64,000 nt of DNA from Candidatus Ozemobacteraceae bacterium (GCA_965140445.1 OZ223236.1:256001-320000); one strand, 5' to 3'. Positions 37,902-47,618 are shown, counted from the stretch's first letter. Notes: a model not told the origin generated them from the letters alone. Made by a program: numbers and translations.

Positions 37902-38891
37902 ATGCAAAAAAAAACTCCAGCTTTAGTATTGTTTATTATTGCAGCCATTTTAGCGGTTTTTTGCAAAGTCGAGGCTGCACAGCTAAAAGTAATACCACTA
38001 TTAAATGAGCACATTAAAAATACCCGAATTCATGACGTTGCTTGCGAAAACGATACAGTAGTTTGGGGAACAGATCATGGTGTTGTCTTACAAAAGGGTG
38101 AAAAGATCGAATTCTATGATTCAAGCAACTCCCCCCTTAAAGATATAAAAGTTTCAGCTGTGGGAGTTTGCGATGGAAAAATATGGATTGCTCAATCCGA
38201 CCACAGCAAAGGATACGGAATTTTTGAGCTATATGAAGACGAATGGAAAAACTATAGAAAGCCTGAAACTGAAGGAATATTAAATAACCAGATAGTAAGA
38301 ATTCATGTAGATCAGGATAAAAAAACCTGGTTTGGTTATTATAAGTATGGAATAGGAAATTTTGTAGAAGCAATCCCACCAAGATTTGCTTCAAAGAAAG
38401 TTTTGTATCTGTTTAAATATGAATTATTAAGCCTATTTATGCAGCAAACGCATCTCTGGATAGGTTCAACCAATGGCATTGTCAGATACAGAACAGAAAT
38501 ACCGTCAAAACACTATTTAAACTTTGACAAATGGGTTTACCCGGAATTTCCGGCAGTAGGAGTTTTTGCAATATCTGATTATGGCATTGATAATATTGTT
38601 GCAGGAACCGACCGTGGACTGGCACTTTGGAATGGTAAAAAATGGACCTTAATAAACAAAAAGAAGGGGCTTTTAGCTATTCCCGTTCAATGTATTGTTC
38701 GCATAGGAAATGTTCTATGGCTTGGCGGTTACTCAGGATTACAGAGATGGACCCCAACCCAGCAAGGATTATTATTAACTGAGAAAGATGGCCTCCCCTC
38801 CACTCGAATAACTTGTATGACCAAGGACAAAAACAATAATCTTTTAGTCGGCACAGAAAAAGGCGCAGTTCTAATAAAAACTGCACCTTAA
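37902..38891 (+). CDS. Secreted beta-propeller (two-component regulator propeller-like repeats)
   Basis: VWGTDHGV, LWIGSTNGI, AGTDRGL, DGLPSTRITCM...LLVGTEKG repeats. Confidence 0.75.
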   Translation: MQKKTPALVLFIIAAILAVFCKVEAAQLKVIPLLNEHIKNTRIHDVACENDTVVWGTDHGVVLQKGEKIEFYDSSNSPLKDIKVSAVGVCDGKIWIAQSDHSKGYGIFELYEDEWKNYRKPETEGILNNQIVRIHVDQDKKTWFGYYKYGIGNFVEAIPPRFASKKVLYLFKYELLSLFMQQTHLWIGSTNGIVRYRTEIPSKHYLNFDKWVYPEFPAVGVFAISDYGIDNIVAGTDRGLALWNGKKWTLINKKKGLLAIPVQCIVRIGNVLWLGGYSGLQRWTPTQQGLLLTEKDGLPSTRITCMTKDKNNNLLVGTEKGAVLIKTAP

Positions 38892-38904
38892 ATAAATTTC
38901 TGCT

Positions 38905-38956
38905 AAAAAAGTTCAGGGGAGAATACTCTATCTCAGGGTTCCCCCTGAACTTTTTT
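38905..38956. terminator. Bidirectional terminator overlapping the 3' end of the minus-strand gene
   Basis: AAAAAAGTTCAGGGG / CCCCTGAACTTTTTT inverted repeat. Confidence 0.65.
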
Positions 38957-40153
38957 ATAAAATGTTAAATCACCTTTTTTCGTTAAAATCACTTCAGCTT
39001 CCTTCAAAAGCCTATATACATCTACATCTTTTTCTTGTTCCAAAAAGATTGATGCTGAATACGCAGGCCTATAAGCAGTTAATACATGGTCATAAAAAGG
39101 CATTTCTGCAAACTTAGTTAAACTGTTAGGCACTTTTACCTCCCAGAATTCTTTGTCTTTATCTGAGTTAGAATCAGACTTATGGGATTTCTTAACAGGA
39201 TCAACAACAGGTTTAATATTGCTACTTTTTTGCTTACAATCTTCCGCTGACTTATCTAATTTTTTAATTTTTTCCGTATTATTTTCCGCAGGTGCTCCAT
39301 TTCCAAAATGTATTTTCTGCCATTTAGGAAAGACACGAGCTGCTGATGGAGACAAAAAGAAGCGGGCAATTTTTCCTGTAATTCGAAAACCGCTTCTCAT
39401 AGTGTGTTCTCGATTAACTAGCATTAGCTCCTCGGCCAAATCACTTCTTTTAATCAAAAAATCAGCTTCTTTCATTTTTCTAATTTTCCAGGCTTGCTTA
39501 ACAAATCTCCTTCTAAGATCCTCGCGCACCTCATTGGTCATCTTTCCAACTTCTTGTTCAAGAATCTTTAGCATATGATCAAGATAAGCCTGACCATGCT
39601 TCTTCCACATATCTTCTGGAGTATTTCTTATAAGTTCAACAACAGGCATAAGTCGGCTACTTGCGGCAGCCTGACCGGTTCTAACCGGATTTTCAAAATC
39701 AAGTTCAGGAACAATACAAGGAACAAATTCATCAAAAATCTGCAATTGGCCTGGAGAAAGAAGTGCGCGAATTTTCTCTTCCATTCCTGCGATCTTATCT
39801 AGAGCCTCTCCTGTAGTATCATGCAATTTATTGTCAATTTCTACAACTTCACTTCTGAATGCCGGTGGAGCTTCCGGCAAAGACGTATACAGAGCGTCTC
39901 TAAGTTTCGCATATTGTGTTATCGGATCGAAACTCTTTATCTTATCTAAAGAATTTGCACGTATTTCTTCTGCTGACAAAGCCATTTCTGTGATCTTTGC
40001 CACCTGTTCCTTTGTCAAATACATGCCACGCAGCAAATTAACCAGAGAAACATCTTCAATCACTTCTCCCATTTTATCGATATAAGGTTCTGCATTTAGA
40101 ACAGGCCCCAATACAAATATAAAAATAAAAAACAATCCAAATATTCTTCTCAT
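38933..40153 (-). CDS. Secreted helical hypothetical protein with LTxxQ-like motifs
   Basis: Signal peptide (MRRIFGLFF..LNA); LTKEQ and LSPGQ; immediately downstream of the radical SAM gene. Confidence 0.6.
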   Translation of the reverse strand: MRRIFGLFFIFIFVLGPVLNAEPYIDKMGEVIEDVSLVNLLRGMYLTKEQVAKITEMALSAEEIRANSLDKIKSFDPITQYAKLRDALYTSLPEAPPAFRSEVVEIDNKLHDTTGEALDKIAGMEEKIRALLSPGQLQIFDEFVPCIVPELDFENPVRTGQAAASSRLMPVVELIRNTPEDMWKKHGQAYLDHMLKILEQEVGKMTNEVREDLRRRFVKQAWKIRKMKEADFLIKRSDLAEELMLVNREHTMRSGFRITGKIARFFLSPSAARVFPKWQKIHFGNGAPAENNTEKIKKLDKSAEDCKQKSSNIKPVVDPVKKSHKSDSNSDKDKEFWEVKVPNSLTKFAEMPFYDHVLTAYRPAYSASIFLEQEKDVDVYRLLKEAEVILTKKGDLTFYKKVQGEP

Positions 40154-40167
40154 ATTATCTCCCATAG

Positions 40168-41307
40168 CTATTTAACCGTTCCTATCGTTAAGTCATCTAA
40201 CCAGACACCAGGAATTTTATAACCGCATTTAGTACATTGCCCAGCCTTAAGAAGGCTTCTAAGCACTCGAAAACTAAGCCTTTCAATTACTTTATTACCA
40301 CACCCCGGACAATAGGTATGGTTCCCTGCCTGCCCAGGATTATTTCCTGTGTAAGAGAACTTTACACCATGCTTCATAGCAATTTCTCTGGCCAATTCTA
40401 ACGATTCATTTGGAGTTGGCGGAAGGTTCTTTAATTTAAATTCTGGAACAAATCTTGTAAAATGCCATGGAACATCCGTTCCCAAATTCTTTACAAACCA
40501 TTCTGCCCCCATATTTAAATCATCTTTAGAATCATTTAATCCTGGAACCAAAAGGCTTACAACCTCAAAATGATTCCCAGAATCTTTTAACGTTAACAAA
40601 GTTTCTTTTATCGGCTCAAGCATTCCGCCAATTGCCTTTGTATAATAATCCTGTGTAAACCCTTTTAAGCCAACAGCAAACATATCTATGAGTGAAATCA
40701 GATCCTTTAACGGTTCCTTTTTTATATAGCCCGCCGTAACCATAACGGTTTTAAGACCTTTGGACCTTGCCAATCTAGCCACATCTTTCATAAATTCTAT
40801 GTAGATGGTTGGCTCTGTATAGAAAAATGCAACGGTTCGCGCTTTTAAATCTAAAGCTCTTAAAACTACATCTTCTGGGGTCATTGCAAAATTCGTGGTT
40901 TCCAAAGGTGTTTTCTGGGAGAATTGCCAATTTTGACAATACTGGCACTGTAAATTACATCCTGCGGTAGCTATAGACAAAGCTGGGCCATGAACATGGT
41001 AGTGATATAGAGGCATTTTCTCTACCGGGTCAAGAGCTATTACACAGGGCAATCCATAAACAAGGCTTTTATATTCACCATTACGAACTCCGCGTGCCCT
41101 GCAGATACCATTCTGCCCTTCTTCTGGCATACATCCATTAGGACACAATTTACACTGCCATTTTCCATCAGGCAACTTTAAAGCATATTCTGCAGGATGC
41201 GAACTTTCCTCACCCGCCAATAAGGCTGTTGGGGACGCCACGCAACAAACACCGGCAGCGACAGCGCAACCTTTAATAAAAGTTCTTCTGGACAATTCTC
41301 TTTCCAT
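40168..41307 (-). CDS. amrS: AmmeMemoRadiSam-type radical SAM enzyme with a twin-arginine signal
   Basis: SRRTFIK leader; CKLCP..C..GIC; DPVEK.PL; GCNLQCQYCQNW; YTEPT; PWHFTRF.P; TYCPGC..CTKC. Confidence 0.85.
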   Translation of the reverse strand: MERELSRRTFIKGCAVAAGVCCVASPTALLAGEESSHPAEYALKLPDGKWQCKLCPNGCMPEEGQNGICRARGVRNGEYKSLVYGLPCVIALDPVEKMPLYHYHVHGPALSIATAGCNLQCQYCQNWQFSQKTPLETTNFAMTPEDVVLRALDLKARTVAFFYTEPTIYIEFMKDVARLARSKGLKTVMVTAGYIKKEPLKDLISLIDMFAVGLKGFTQDYYTKAIGGMLEPIKETLLTLKDSGNHFEVVSLLVPGLNDSKDDLNMGAEWFVKNLGTDVPWHFTRFVPEFKLKNLPPTPNESLELAREIAMKHGVKFSYTGNNPGQAGNHTYCPGCGNKVIERLSFRVLRSLLKAGQCTKCGYKIPGVWLDDLTIGTVK

Positions 41308-41417
41308 TTTTTCACCTTTAAAAGTATTAAGTACATTATAACAGCCTGTAAAAAAAATGTTAAATCCAATGCAGGCTGGAAGAATTTTAAAAAGTCTGTT
41401 ATCATTTTTTATACGTT

Positions 41418-42350
41418 ATGACCCATATAAAAGTAACCAGAAGCGCATTTACCCTCGTCGAAATATTGTTGGCAATGGCAATATTGGTTGCTACAATGGT
41501 TCCAGTTTTCTTTTTTATGACAAAAGGGGCATCAGATACTGATTTAAATGCATCTAAGTCCTTTGCTGTTTCAAGAGCTTCAGATATTTTGAATGCCATG
41601 CTGGATAATGTCCCATTCCAGGCTTTAAGACAGGGAATACCCGGTTTCATAAGAGTAGACGACCTTAAAAGCGTTAAAGGTTACGAAAAATTCGACGACG
41701 CCTGGGCGGAAAAATTTATTAAAACCGTTTTCCCAGGAAGTTCAAAAACAGCTACAGGCTACCCCTGCACATGTATAATAAAAGACCCAAGAGGGATTCA
41801 TTACAAAATAACTCTTAGAGTAGAAGATATTAGTTCGCCTCCAAGCAAAGCGATCCCTGAGTTAAAAAAAATTGGAGAAGCCTATCCAACAAGCCCGCCA
41901 TCAGATTTCTCTAAGCCAGCAAATGATGAACCCACCTTTTCATATTTGAAAAACCCTACTCGCCTTTTGAGCATGAGCTGGAATAACATAAATTACCTGC
42001 CAAATCCGGTTGGAATGATGCCATCAGCAGGGGAATACCGCTTTGAGATTGAGCTTCCCGGGCAAGTCTCTCATAATCCGGAAAACTTTTACACAGATCA
42101 GGGTTACTCGAAAATTCACCCAAATGCGCCTAGATTTATAAATCCAACAGCGACCAGGCTTACTCAAAGAATGGCCAGAACTGAAGTACAATACACCAAA
42201 GATGATAACTTTAGATACTGTGGCTTTAAGCGATTAATAATTGAAGTTCAATGGAATATAGATAAACCTCATTTAAAAGATCCTGAAGCTGCTACAAAAG
42301 GGTTGAAAAGAATTCATCTGATTACAATAAAGGCAGACATAAATGTCTAA
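41418..42350 (+). CDS. Prepilin-type N-terminal cleavage/methylation protein (PilV-like, long)
   Basis: RSA|FTLVEILLAMAIL class III signal (Ala at -1, E+5). Confidence 0.8.
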   Translation: MTHIKVTRSAFTLVEILLAMAILVATMVPVFFFMTKGASDTDLNASKSFAVSRASDILNAMLDNVPFQALRQGIPGFIRVDDLKSVKGYEKFDDAWAEKFIKTVFPGSSKTATGYPCTCIIKDPRGIHYKITLRVEDISSPPSKAIPELKKIGEAYPTSPPSDFSKPANDEPTFSYLKNPTRLLSMSWNNINYLPNPVGMMPSAGEYRFEIELPGQVSHNPENFYTDQGYSKIHPNAPRFINPTATRLTQRMARTEVQYTKDDNFRYCGFKRLIIEVQWNIDKPHLKDPEAATKGLKRIHLITIKADINV

Positions 42351-43224
42351 TTTACAACAAAAAAATACTCCTAAAAAGGGAATGGCAATCATTATTGTCA
42401 TATTTTTTGCCTTTAGTTTAATGATTCTTCTAGTTTCAATGTCTTTCCAGCACAGGAATTTAGCTCAGCACAATAAGATGTCGCTTAGGGAGCAGCAAGC
42501 ATATTTTGCTGGCAGATCAGCCATGCAACATTTTTTACTCAAAGCCAGACTATTTCCAACAGAACTTTACGATGCGGTTGAATTCATGCAGGGGAAAAAC
42601 CCTTATATGGATTTTACAGAGTTTCCCTTTAGAACAGATGATAATAAACCTGCTTTTCAGGAATTGCCGGCATATTCTGGTGTATACAAACGAATAATAC
42701 CAGAGGAAAACGACAAAAGCGGGCGAGTAAAATACTTTTATATTCCAATAAAAACAAAAGGCTCAGAACCTGAAGCCTTGATCAGGCTGGCAAGCTTTTA
42801 TAATAAGCATTACAGATATCTTGCTCCTGGGATGGCTCCTTCATCTCTTCCCGGTAAATACATCAATCCAGATAATTCGGCTTACAAATCCCATCACCCA
42901 GAAAAGTTTCTATCATATTTTATAAGAGATGTTACGAACGATGTGGTGGATGCAAAGGAAATTCAACCAGGACTTAAAGTAGAGAAAGCTACAGGGCTTG
43001 AGACAGAACAAAGTTGGGATATAACTCGAGATGGGTATCCTTACACAATGACCTATAGGCTAAAAAAAGTGAATTTGAAAGCCATAAAAGGGCTTAGAAG
43101 ATACAATGAAGAGGCAATTGAAGTGGAATATACCGGTTCTGTTGAAGACTTTCAAAATCAAACAGCCACCAAGGATTTTACTAAAATAGAAAAAATCACA
43201 AGAACTGGCCGCCACCTGGACTAA
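42343..43224 (+). CDS. PilX-like minor pilin
   Basis: KKG|MAIIIVI hydrophobic helix without E+5; QAYFAGRSAMQH motif. Confidence 0.6.
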   Translation: MSNLQQKNTPKKGMAIIIVIFFAFSLMILLVSMSFQHRNLAQHNKMSLREQQAYFAGRSAMQHFLLKARLFPTELYDAVEFMQGKNPYMDFTEFPFRTDDNKPAFQELPAYSGVYKRIIPEENDKSGRVKYFYIPIKTKGSEPEALIRLASFYNKHYRYLAPGMAPSSLPGKYINPDNSAYKSHHPEKFLSYFIRDVTNDVVDAKEIQPGLKVEKATGLETEQSWDITRDGYPYTMTYRLKKVNLKAIKGLRRYNEEAIEVEYTGSVEDFQNQTATKDFTKIEKITRTGRHLD

Positions 43225-43231
43225 TTCAGGT

Positions 43232-45400
43232 ATGAATAAAAAAAGACACTATTTTTTTACCGCTTTTATTCTGGGAATTTTTGCGAATCTTTCTCAAATA
43301 GCATTATTTAGGTTTTTTATTGGGAATTTTTATGGGACAGAGATTCATCTTGGTCTCTTCCTGGGAATCTGGTTAGCTGGAATTTCAGCTGGTGGCTATT
43401 TTGGGGGTAAATTCCCAATTAAGCCAGCGAACCTAATCTACATATTTCTTTTTCTTCCTGCCTATAGCTTATTAGTTATCTATTTTGGAGTTACAAAGCT
43501 TCCAATTACAGAAGGGGGGTTCTTAAAACTATTCCCTGTAACTGCATACATAAGCTTTGCAACAATACCAATTTCATTTTTTATAGGTACTATAATCCCG
43601 TCTTTTATTTTTTCTACAACAAAAAAACTAGGAGAGTTTTACGCCATTGAAGCTCTTGGAAGCTTTCTTGGAGGCATTATCTTTTCTTTGCTACTTGGAG
43701 GGAATGCAGATTCAATCCAAACCTTACTGGTAATCTCATTATTCCCTGCAATTTGCATTTTTGAGATAAAAAGAACCAAATTATCTGGTTTTTTGTGCCT
43801 TTTTATACCAATTCTAGTATGGCAATCTGGAACACATATTTCAGAAAAAATCGAACAAAAAATCTGGAAAAGATTTCACCCTGTTAATGAATTAACACAA
43901 ACCATCGAAACTCCTTACCAGAAGATTCAGACAAGTAAATATTATGGACAGAAAAGCCTTTTTTCCAACGGCATATTTTGCGAATCATGGCCGCTAGCAG
44001 AATCGGTTGAACAAAAAGTCCATTCTTTTGTCACCAACTTAAAAAATTTCAACGACATTCTCGTAATTGGAGCACCACCGCCTGACTTTATAAGTGAATT
44101 ACTAAAATACAAAGGCGCTAATATAAATGTTTTAGAGCTTGATAAAACTCTGTTCGAAATATTCCAATACCCTGTTCATAAATCGTTAAAACTAATAAAT
44201 GAAGATCCAAGAAGCTTCTTAAACCAAACTGAACAGAGATTTGATGGAATAATGATATATCCAGTTTCTCCGGTAACTCTAGTAGGAAACAGGCTTTTCA
44301 CCTTCGAAGCTATTGAATCAATGAAAAAATCATTGAAACCGGATGGCGTATTATCTTTGCAGGTGTCTGGAACGGAAAACTACCTTGGCTCAATCAAAGA
44401 GCAAATTATTTTATCCACAAACCAAACCTTAAAAGCAAACTTTTCAACTGTTTTTGCTTTCCCAGGCAATCCAATTACCTTTTTTGCCACAAACGGCAAA
44501 GACTCCATCCCAGGAAGCTTAAACGAATATATGGATAGATTTGCTTCAAGAAATATCATTGCTTCAACTTTTTACCCTCAAAGCTTCTTCAATCTTCTAA
44601 TGCCATTCAGAGTAAAGGAACTTGAGAAATGGCTTCAACGGGATGTAAAAGTTGATAGAAACACTGATTCACACCCAGGAATATTTAAACAACAAATTGA
44701 ACTTTGGAACATTTACAGTGGGGAAAAGACCAATAAATCTGGCCGTTTTTTTGCGACTCCAAACTTAAATCAATTTTTTAAAGTCTTTTTCCCGTTACTG
44801 ATTCTGGTTTGTCTTTTTTGTTTTTACTCTCCTAAAAAAATTGGCACAAAAATTATTGTTCCATCTGGCGTTTTAATAAGTGGCGCGACTGGGATTTTGT
44901 CTGAAATAATCCTAATTTTGTTATATCAAAATAAATGCGGAGCAGCATTTCAGATGTCCGCACTCTTTTTTGGTTTATATATGCTTGGACTTTCTTGCGG
45001 AGCATACTTTTATCGCCATCATTCCATAAATGAATCTGTCGCTCTGGTCAAATTAAAGCTCCTTCAGACCGCTTTTGCGCTATCGGGAATTCTTTTTGTA
45101 GAGTTAACAGAATTTCATTCAGCACTGTGGATTGGAACAGCTATTTTTATAATCGCCTTCCTTGATGGAATTGAATTTCCTGTTGCCGATTCGATTCTTA
45201 AACAGCACGGAAAAGAAACACACAGATCAGCAGGCATACTTATGTTTATGGATAATTCAGGGGCATTGGCCACAGGAATATTAAGTGGTCTATGGTTCCT
45301 TCCTGTTTTAGGAATGAAAAGAAGCTTTACTCTGCTTTTCAGTTTATTACTAATAAATGCTATCGGAATTGGTATTCTTACCTATAAAAAAGATTCTTAG
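43232..45400 (+). CDS. Membrane-embedded spermidine-synthase-like (class I SAM-binding) protein
   Basis: N- and C-terminal TM bundles (Q..LFR.F...FYG.E, YAIEALGS..GG, G.EFP) flanking ETPYQKI, ILVIG, LELD, EDPRSFL, NRLFT.E, LKPDGV, NTD.HP. Confidence 0.75.
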   Translation: MNKKRHYFFTAFILGIFANLSQIALFRFFIGNFYGTEIHLGLFLGIWLAGISAGGYFGGKFPIKPANLIYIFLFLPAYSLLVIYFGVTKLPITEGGFLKLFPVTAYISFATIPISFFIGTIIPSFIFSTTKKLGEFYAIEALGSFLGGIIFSLLLGGNADSIQTLLVISLFPAICIFEIKRTKLSGFLCLFIPILVWQSGTHISEKIEQKIWKRFHPVNELTQTIETPYQKIQTSKYYGQKSLFSNGIFCESWPLAESVEQKVHSFVTNLKNFNDILVIGAPPPDFISELLKYKGANINVLELDKTLFEIFQYPVHKSLKLINEDPRSFLNQTEQRFDGIMIYPVSPVTLVGNRLFTFEAIESMKKSLKPDGVLSLQVSGTENYLGSIKEQIILSTNQTLKANFSTVFAFPGNPITFFATNGKDSIPGSLNEYMDRFASRNIIASTFYPQSFFNLLMPFRVKELEKWLQRDVKVDRNTDSHPGIFKQQIELWNIYSGEKTNKSGRFFATPNLNQFFKVFFPLLILVCLFCFYSPKKIGTKIIVPSGVLISGATGILSEIILILLYQNKCGAAFQMSALFFGLYMLGLSCGAYFYRHHSINESVALVKLKLLQTAFALSGILFVELTEFHSALWIGTAIFIIAFLDGIEFPVADSILKQHGKETHRSAGILMFMDNSGALATGILSGLWFLPVLGMKRSFTLLFSLLLINAIGIGILTYKKDS

Positions 45401-46290
45401 GGCTCAACACCATCTTCTGACTCAAAAATCTTCTTAAAAATCGCTTTAATCCGTCTTAGTCTATGATTTACGGCAGACTTAGAAAGAGGGGGATCAAATC
45501 TCTGTCCCAATTGCTCTATGCTATCTTGAGGAAATTTCAGTCTTATAACTGCTGTTTGCCTGAGATTTTCAGACCAGACTTCCTGGTTATCATATTCGAT
45601 AAGCTTTCTAAGAATCCCGTCAATACTCTCACTTGCATTTATAATTCTATTTATATTTGCAGTTTCAAAATTAACCTGCCTGTTTACTCTTCCAAGAATT
45701 TTCTTTGTTGCAGCATAATCAGCAAACTCCATTGCCAGATTAAATAGCCCAATCTGGTTTAAGAATCTTTTTATCTTATTATGGCTCTTCAAATATGCCA
45801 CTTGATATCCTCGAAGCTCATGACGTTTAAAGCTAAGCTTTAAAAGGCTGGCAACTTTTTTAAAAGCAGCAAAAAGCCATTTCCCTTTTATACGAATCTC
45901 CAAATGAAAAGCCCTTGCCGGATTTTGCAAATAACCATATCTTAAAAACAGCCCCTGTAGAAAGGCAATAATGCAGTGTTTAGAAGAAGACTCGGACTCT
46001 AATCTTTTCACTCTCTCAACGAATTTTTTTCTTAGAGGAAAAAGCTCCAGCCCTCTAATTTTAATGATTTTCCCATAACCACTTACTCTATATTTAGGCG
46101 CAACTATGGCTTTAATTGAACGGCCAAAAACTTTTAAATTACCAGCAGGAACTTTCAGATAAGAGTTTTTGTTCCCCTTCTTTAAGCAAGCAGCCAAAAA
46201 AGACTCTCTGCAGCAGGGAAGTTGAGAAACATTTTGAATGATTTCTCTTTTTAGACGGCTTGAATAATCCTGTCGTCTGTTTTTCTTCAA
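45397..46290 (-). CDS. whiA: DNA-binding protein WhiA
   Basis: FLQGLFL..G, HLEI, YLKS, NRQVNFETANI, SKSAVNHRLRRI. Confidence 0.93.
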   Translation of the reverse strand: MKKNRRQDYSSRLKREIIQNVSQLPCCRESFLAACLKKGNKNSYLKVPAGNLKVFGRSIKAIVAPKYRVSGYGKIIKIRGLELFPLRKKFVERVKRLESESSSKHCIIAFLQGLFLRYGYLQNPARAFHLEIRIKGKWLFAAFKKVASLLKLSFKRHELRGYQVAYLKSHNKIKRFLNQIGLFNLAMEFADYAATKKILGRVNRQVNFETANINRIINASESIDGILRKLIEYDNQEVWSENLRQTAVIRLKFPQDSIEQLGQRFDPPLSKSAVNHRLRRIKAIFKKIFESEDGVEP

Positions 46291-47618
46291 TCTAATAAAC
46301 CCTCTTCATAATCATCATCATCGTCTATAATTGAAATCTCATTTTCCATGGGTTCATTAATTAAGGAAACCAGAATAGCTCCCAAAAGAAGAGGATTATG
46401 CCTCACCAGATTGGCTTCAAGTAAAAGGTCAGTAGCAACAACTCTGAGACCTTTTTCTTTAAGGCGCTTAACAGTGGGTGGCACCCAAAATTGTCCGTTA
46501 GACTCATATTTCGCTACAAGCGGCTTGGCCGCTCTTCTTGAATTTACTATAACAATATCTATTCGATCAATATTGGTTCTATTCAAAATTGAATTTACGT
46601 GGTCAACAGCATTAAATCCATCTGTTTCACCAGGCTGAGTCATTACATTACAGATATAAATAACTCTAGCCTGACTCTTATTAATTCTTTCAGCTACACC
46701 TGGCACAAGAAGATTGGGGATAACACTTGTAAACAAGCTTCCTGGTCCCAAAACAATCAAGTTAGCATCATCAATAGCACTTAAAGCCTCAGGACTTGCC
46801 TCGGGTGAATCCGGAAAAAGGGACATATCAACAATCTTTTTTCCAGCATCAGAAATTGAAGATTCCCCAGTAATTTTAGACCCATCATCAAAGCTAGCTA
46901 CCAGCTGAACATTTTCACAAGTAACGGGAACAACCTGACCTTTGATAGCCAAAATGCTACTGGCTTCTCGAACAGCGCTACCAAAATCCCCCAAAACTCC
47001 TGTCATAGCTGCGATAAAAAGATTGCCAAAACTATGTCCTTCAATCTCTCCGCCTTCTCCAAACCGGTATTGAAAAAGCTGCGATAACAAGCTTTCAGAA
47101 CGAGATAAAGCAACCAGGCAGTTCCTTATATCTCCAGGGGGAAGAATTTGTAATTCTTTTCTAAGGCGTCCAGAAGAGCCGCCATCGTCAGTAACGGTCA
47201 CAATTGCGGTAAGGTCAATTGGAAGCTCTTTAAGGCCCTTTAAAAGAGAACTAAGACCGGTTCCGCCACCAAGAGCAACCAGTGAAAATTGCTTTTCAAT
47301 TTCAGTGTTCCTCTTGAAAACAAAATCTTTTAAGCGATCAGAAAGACCGGAATCTTGACTATCAAGCATTCTAAATGCAGTTCTAAGTCCCTTGTAGATC
47401 CAAAAAGAACAGAGCAAAAAAGCAGATAAAGCAGAAAAAAGAAGTCCAAGAGGATGAAAGCTTCGAACGGTTTCAATACTTGCGGGGGCAATTACAATAG
47501 TTGATAAAGCTGTAAAAATTACTCCGAAACTCATCATAAAAACGCCGATAAAAAGGAACAAAACCCATCTTCTAGCTCTTAATTCGTGGCTAAATCTTCG
47601 GCGCAAATAAAGCAGCAT
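46287..47618 (-). CDS. yvcK: YvcK/GlmR family protein with N-terminal TM segments
   Basis: GGGTGLS, DDGGSSG, PPGDIRN, GHSFGNL, GPGSLFTS, NVMTQPGET. Confidence 0.93.
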   Translation of the reverse strand: MLLYLRRRFSHELRARRWVLFLFIGVFMMSFGVIFTALSTIVIAPASIETVRSFHPLGLLFSALSAFLLCSFWIYKGLRTAFRMLDSQDSGLSDRLKDFVFKRNTEIEKQFSLVALGGGTGLSSLLKGLKELPIDLTAIVTVTDDGGSSGRLRKELQILPPGDIRNCLVALSRSESLLSQLFQYRFGEGGEIEGHSFGNLFIAAMTGVLGDFGSAVREASSILAIKGQVVPVTCENVQLVASFDDGSKITGESSISDAGKKIVDMSLFPDSPEASPEALSAIDDANLIVLGPGSLFTSVIPNLLVPGVAERINKSQARVIYICNVMTQPGETDGFNAVDHVNSILNRTNIDRIDIVIVNSRRAAKPLVAKYESNGQFWVPPTVKRLKEKGLRVVATDLLLEANLVRHNPLLLGAILVSLINEPMENEISIIDDDDDYEEGLLD

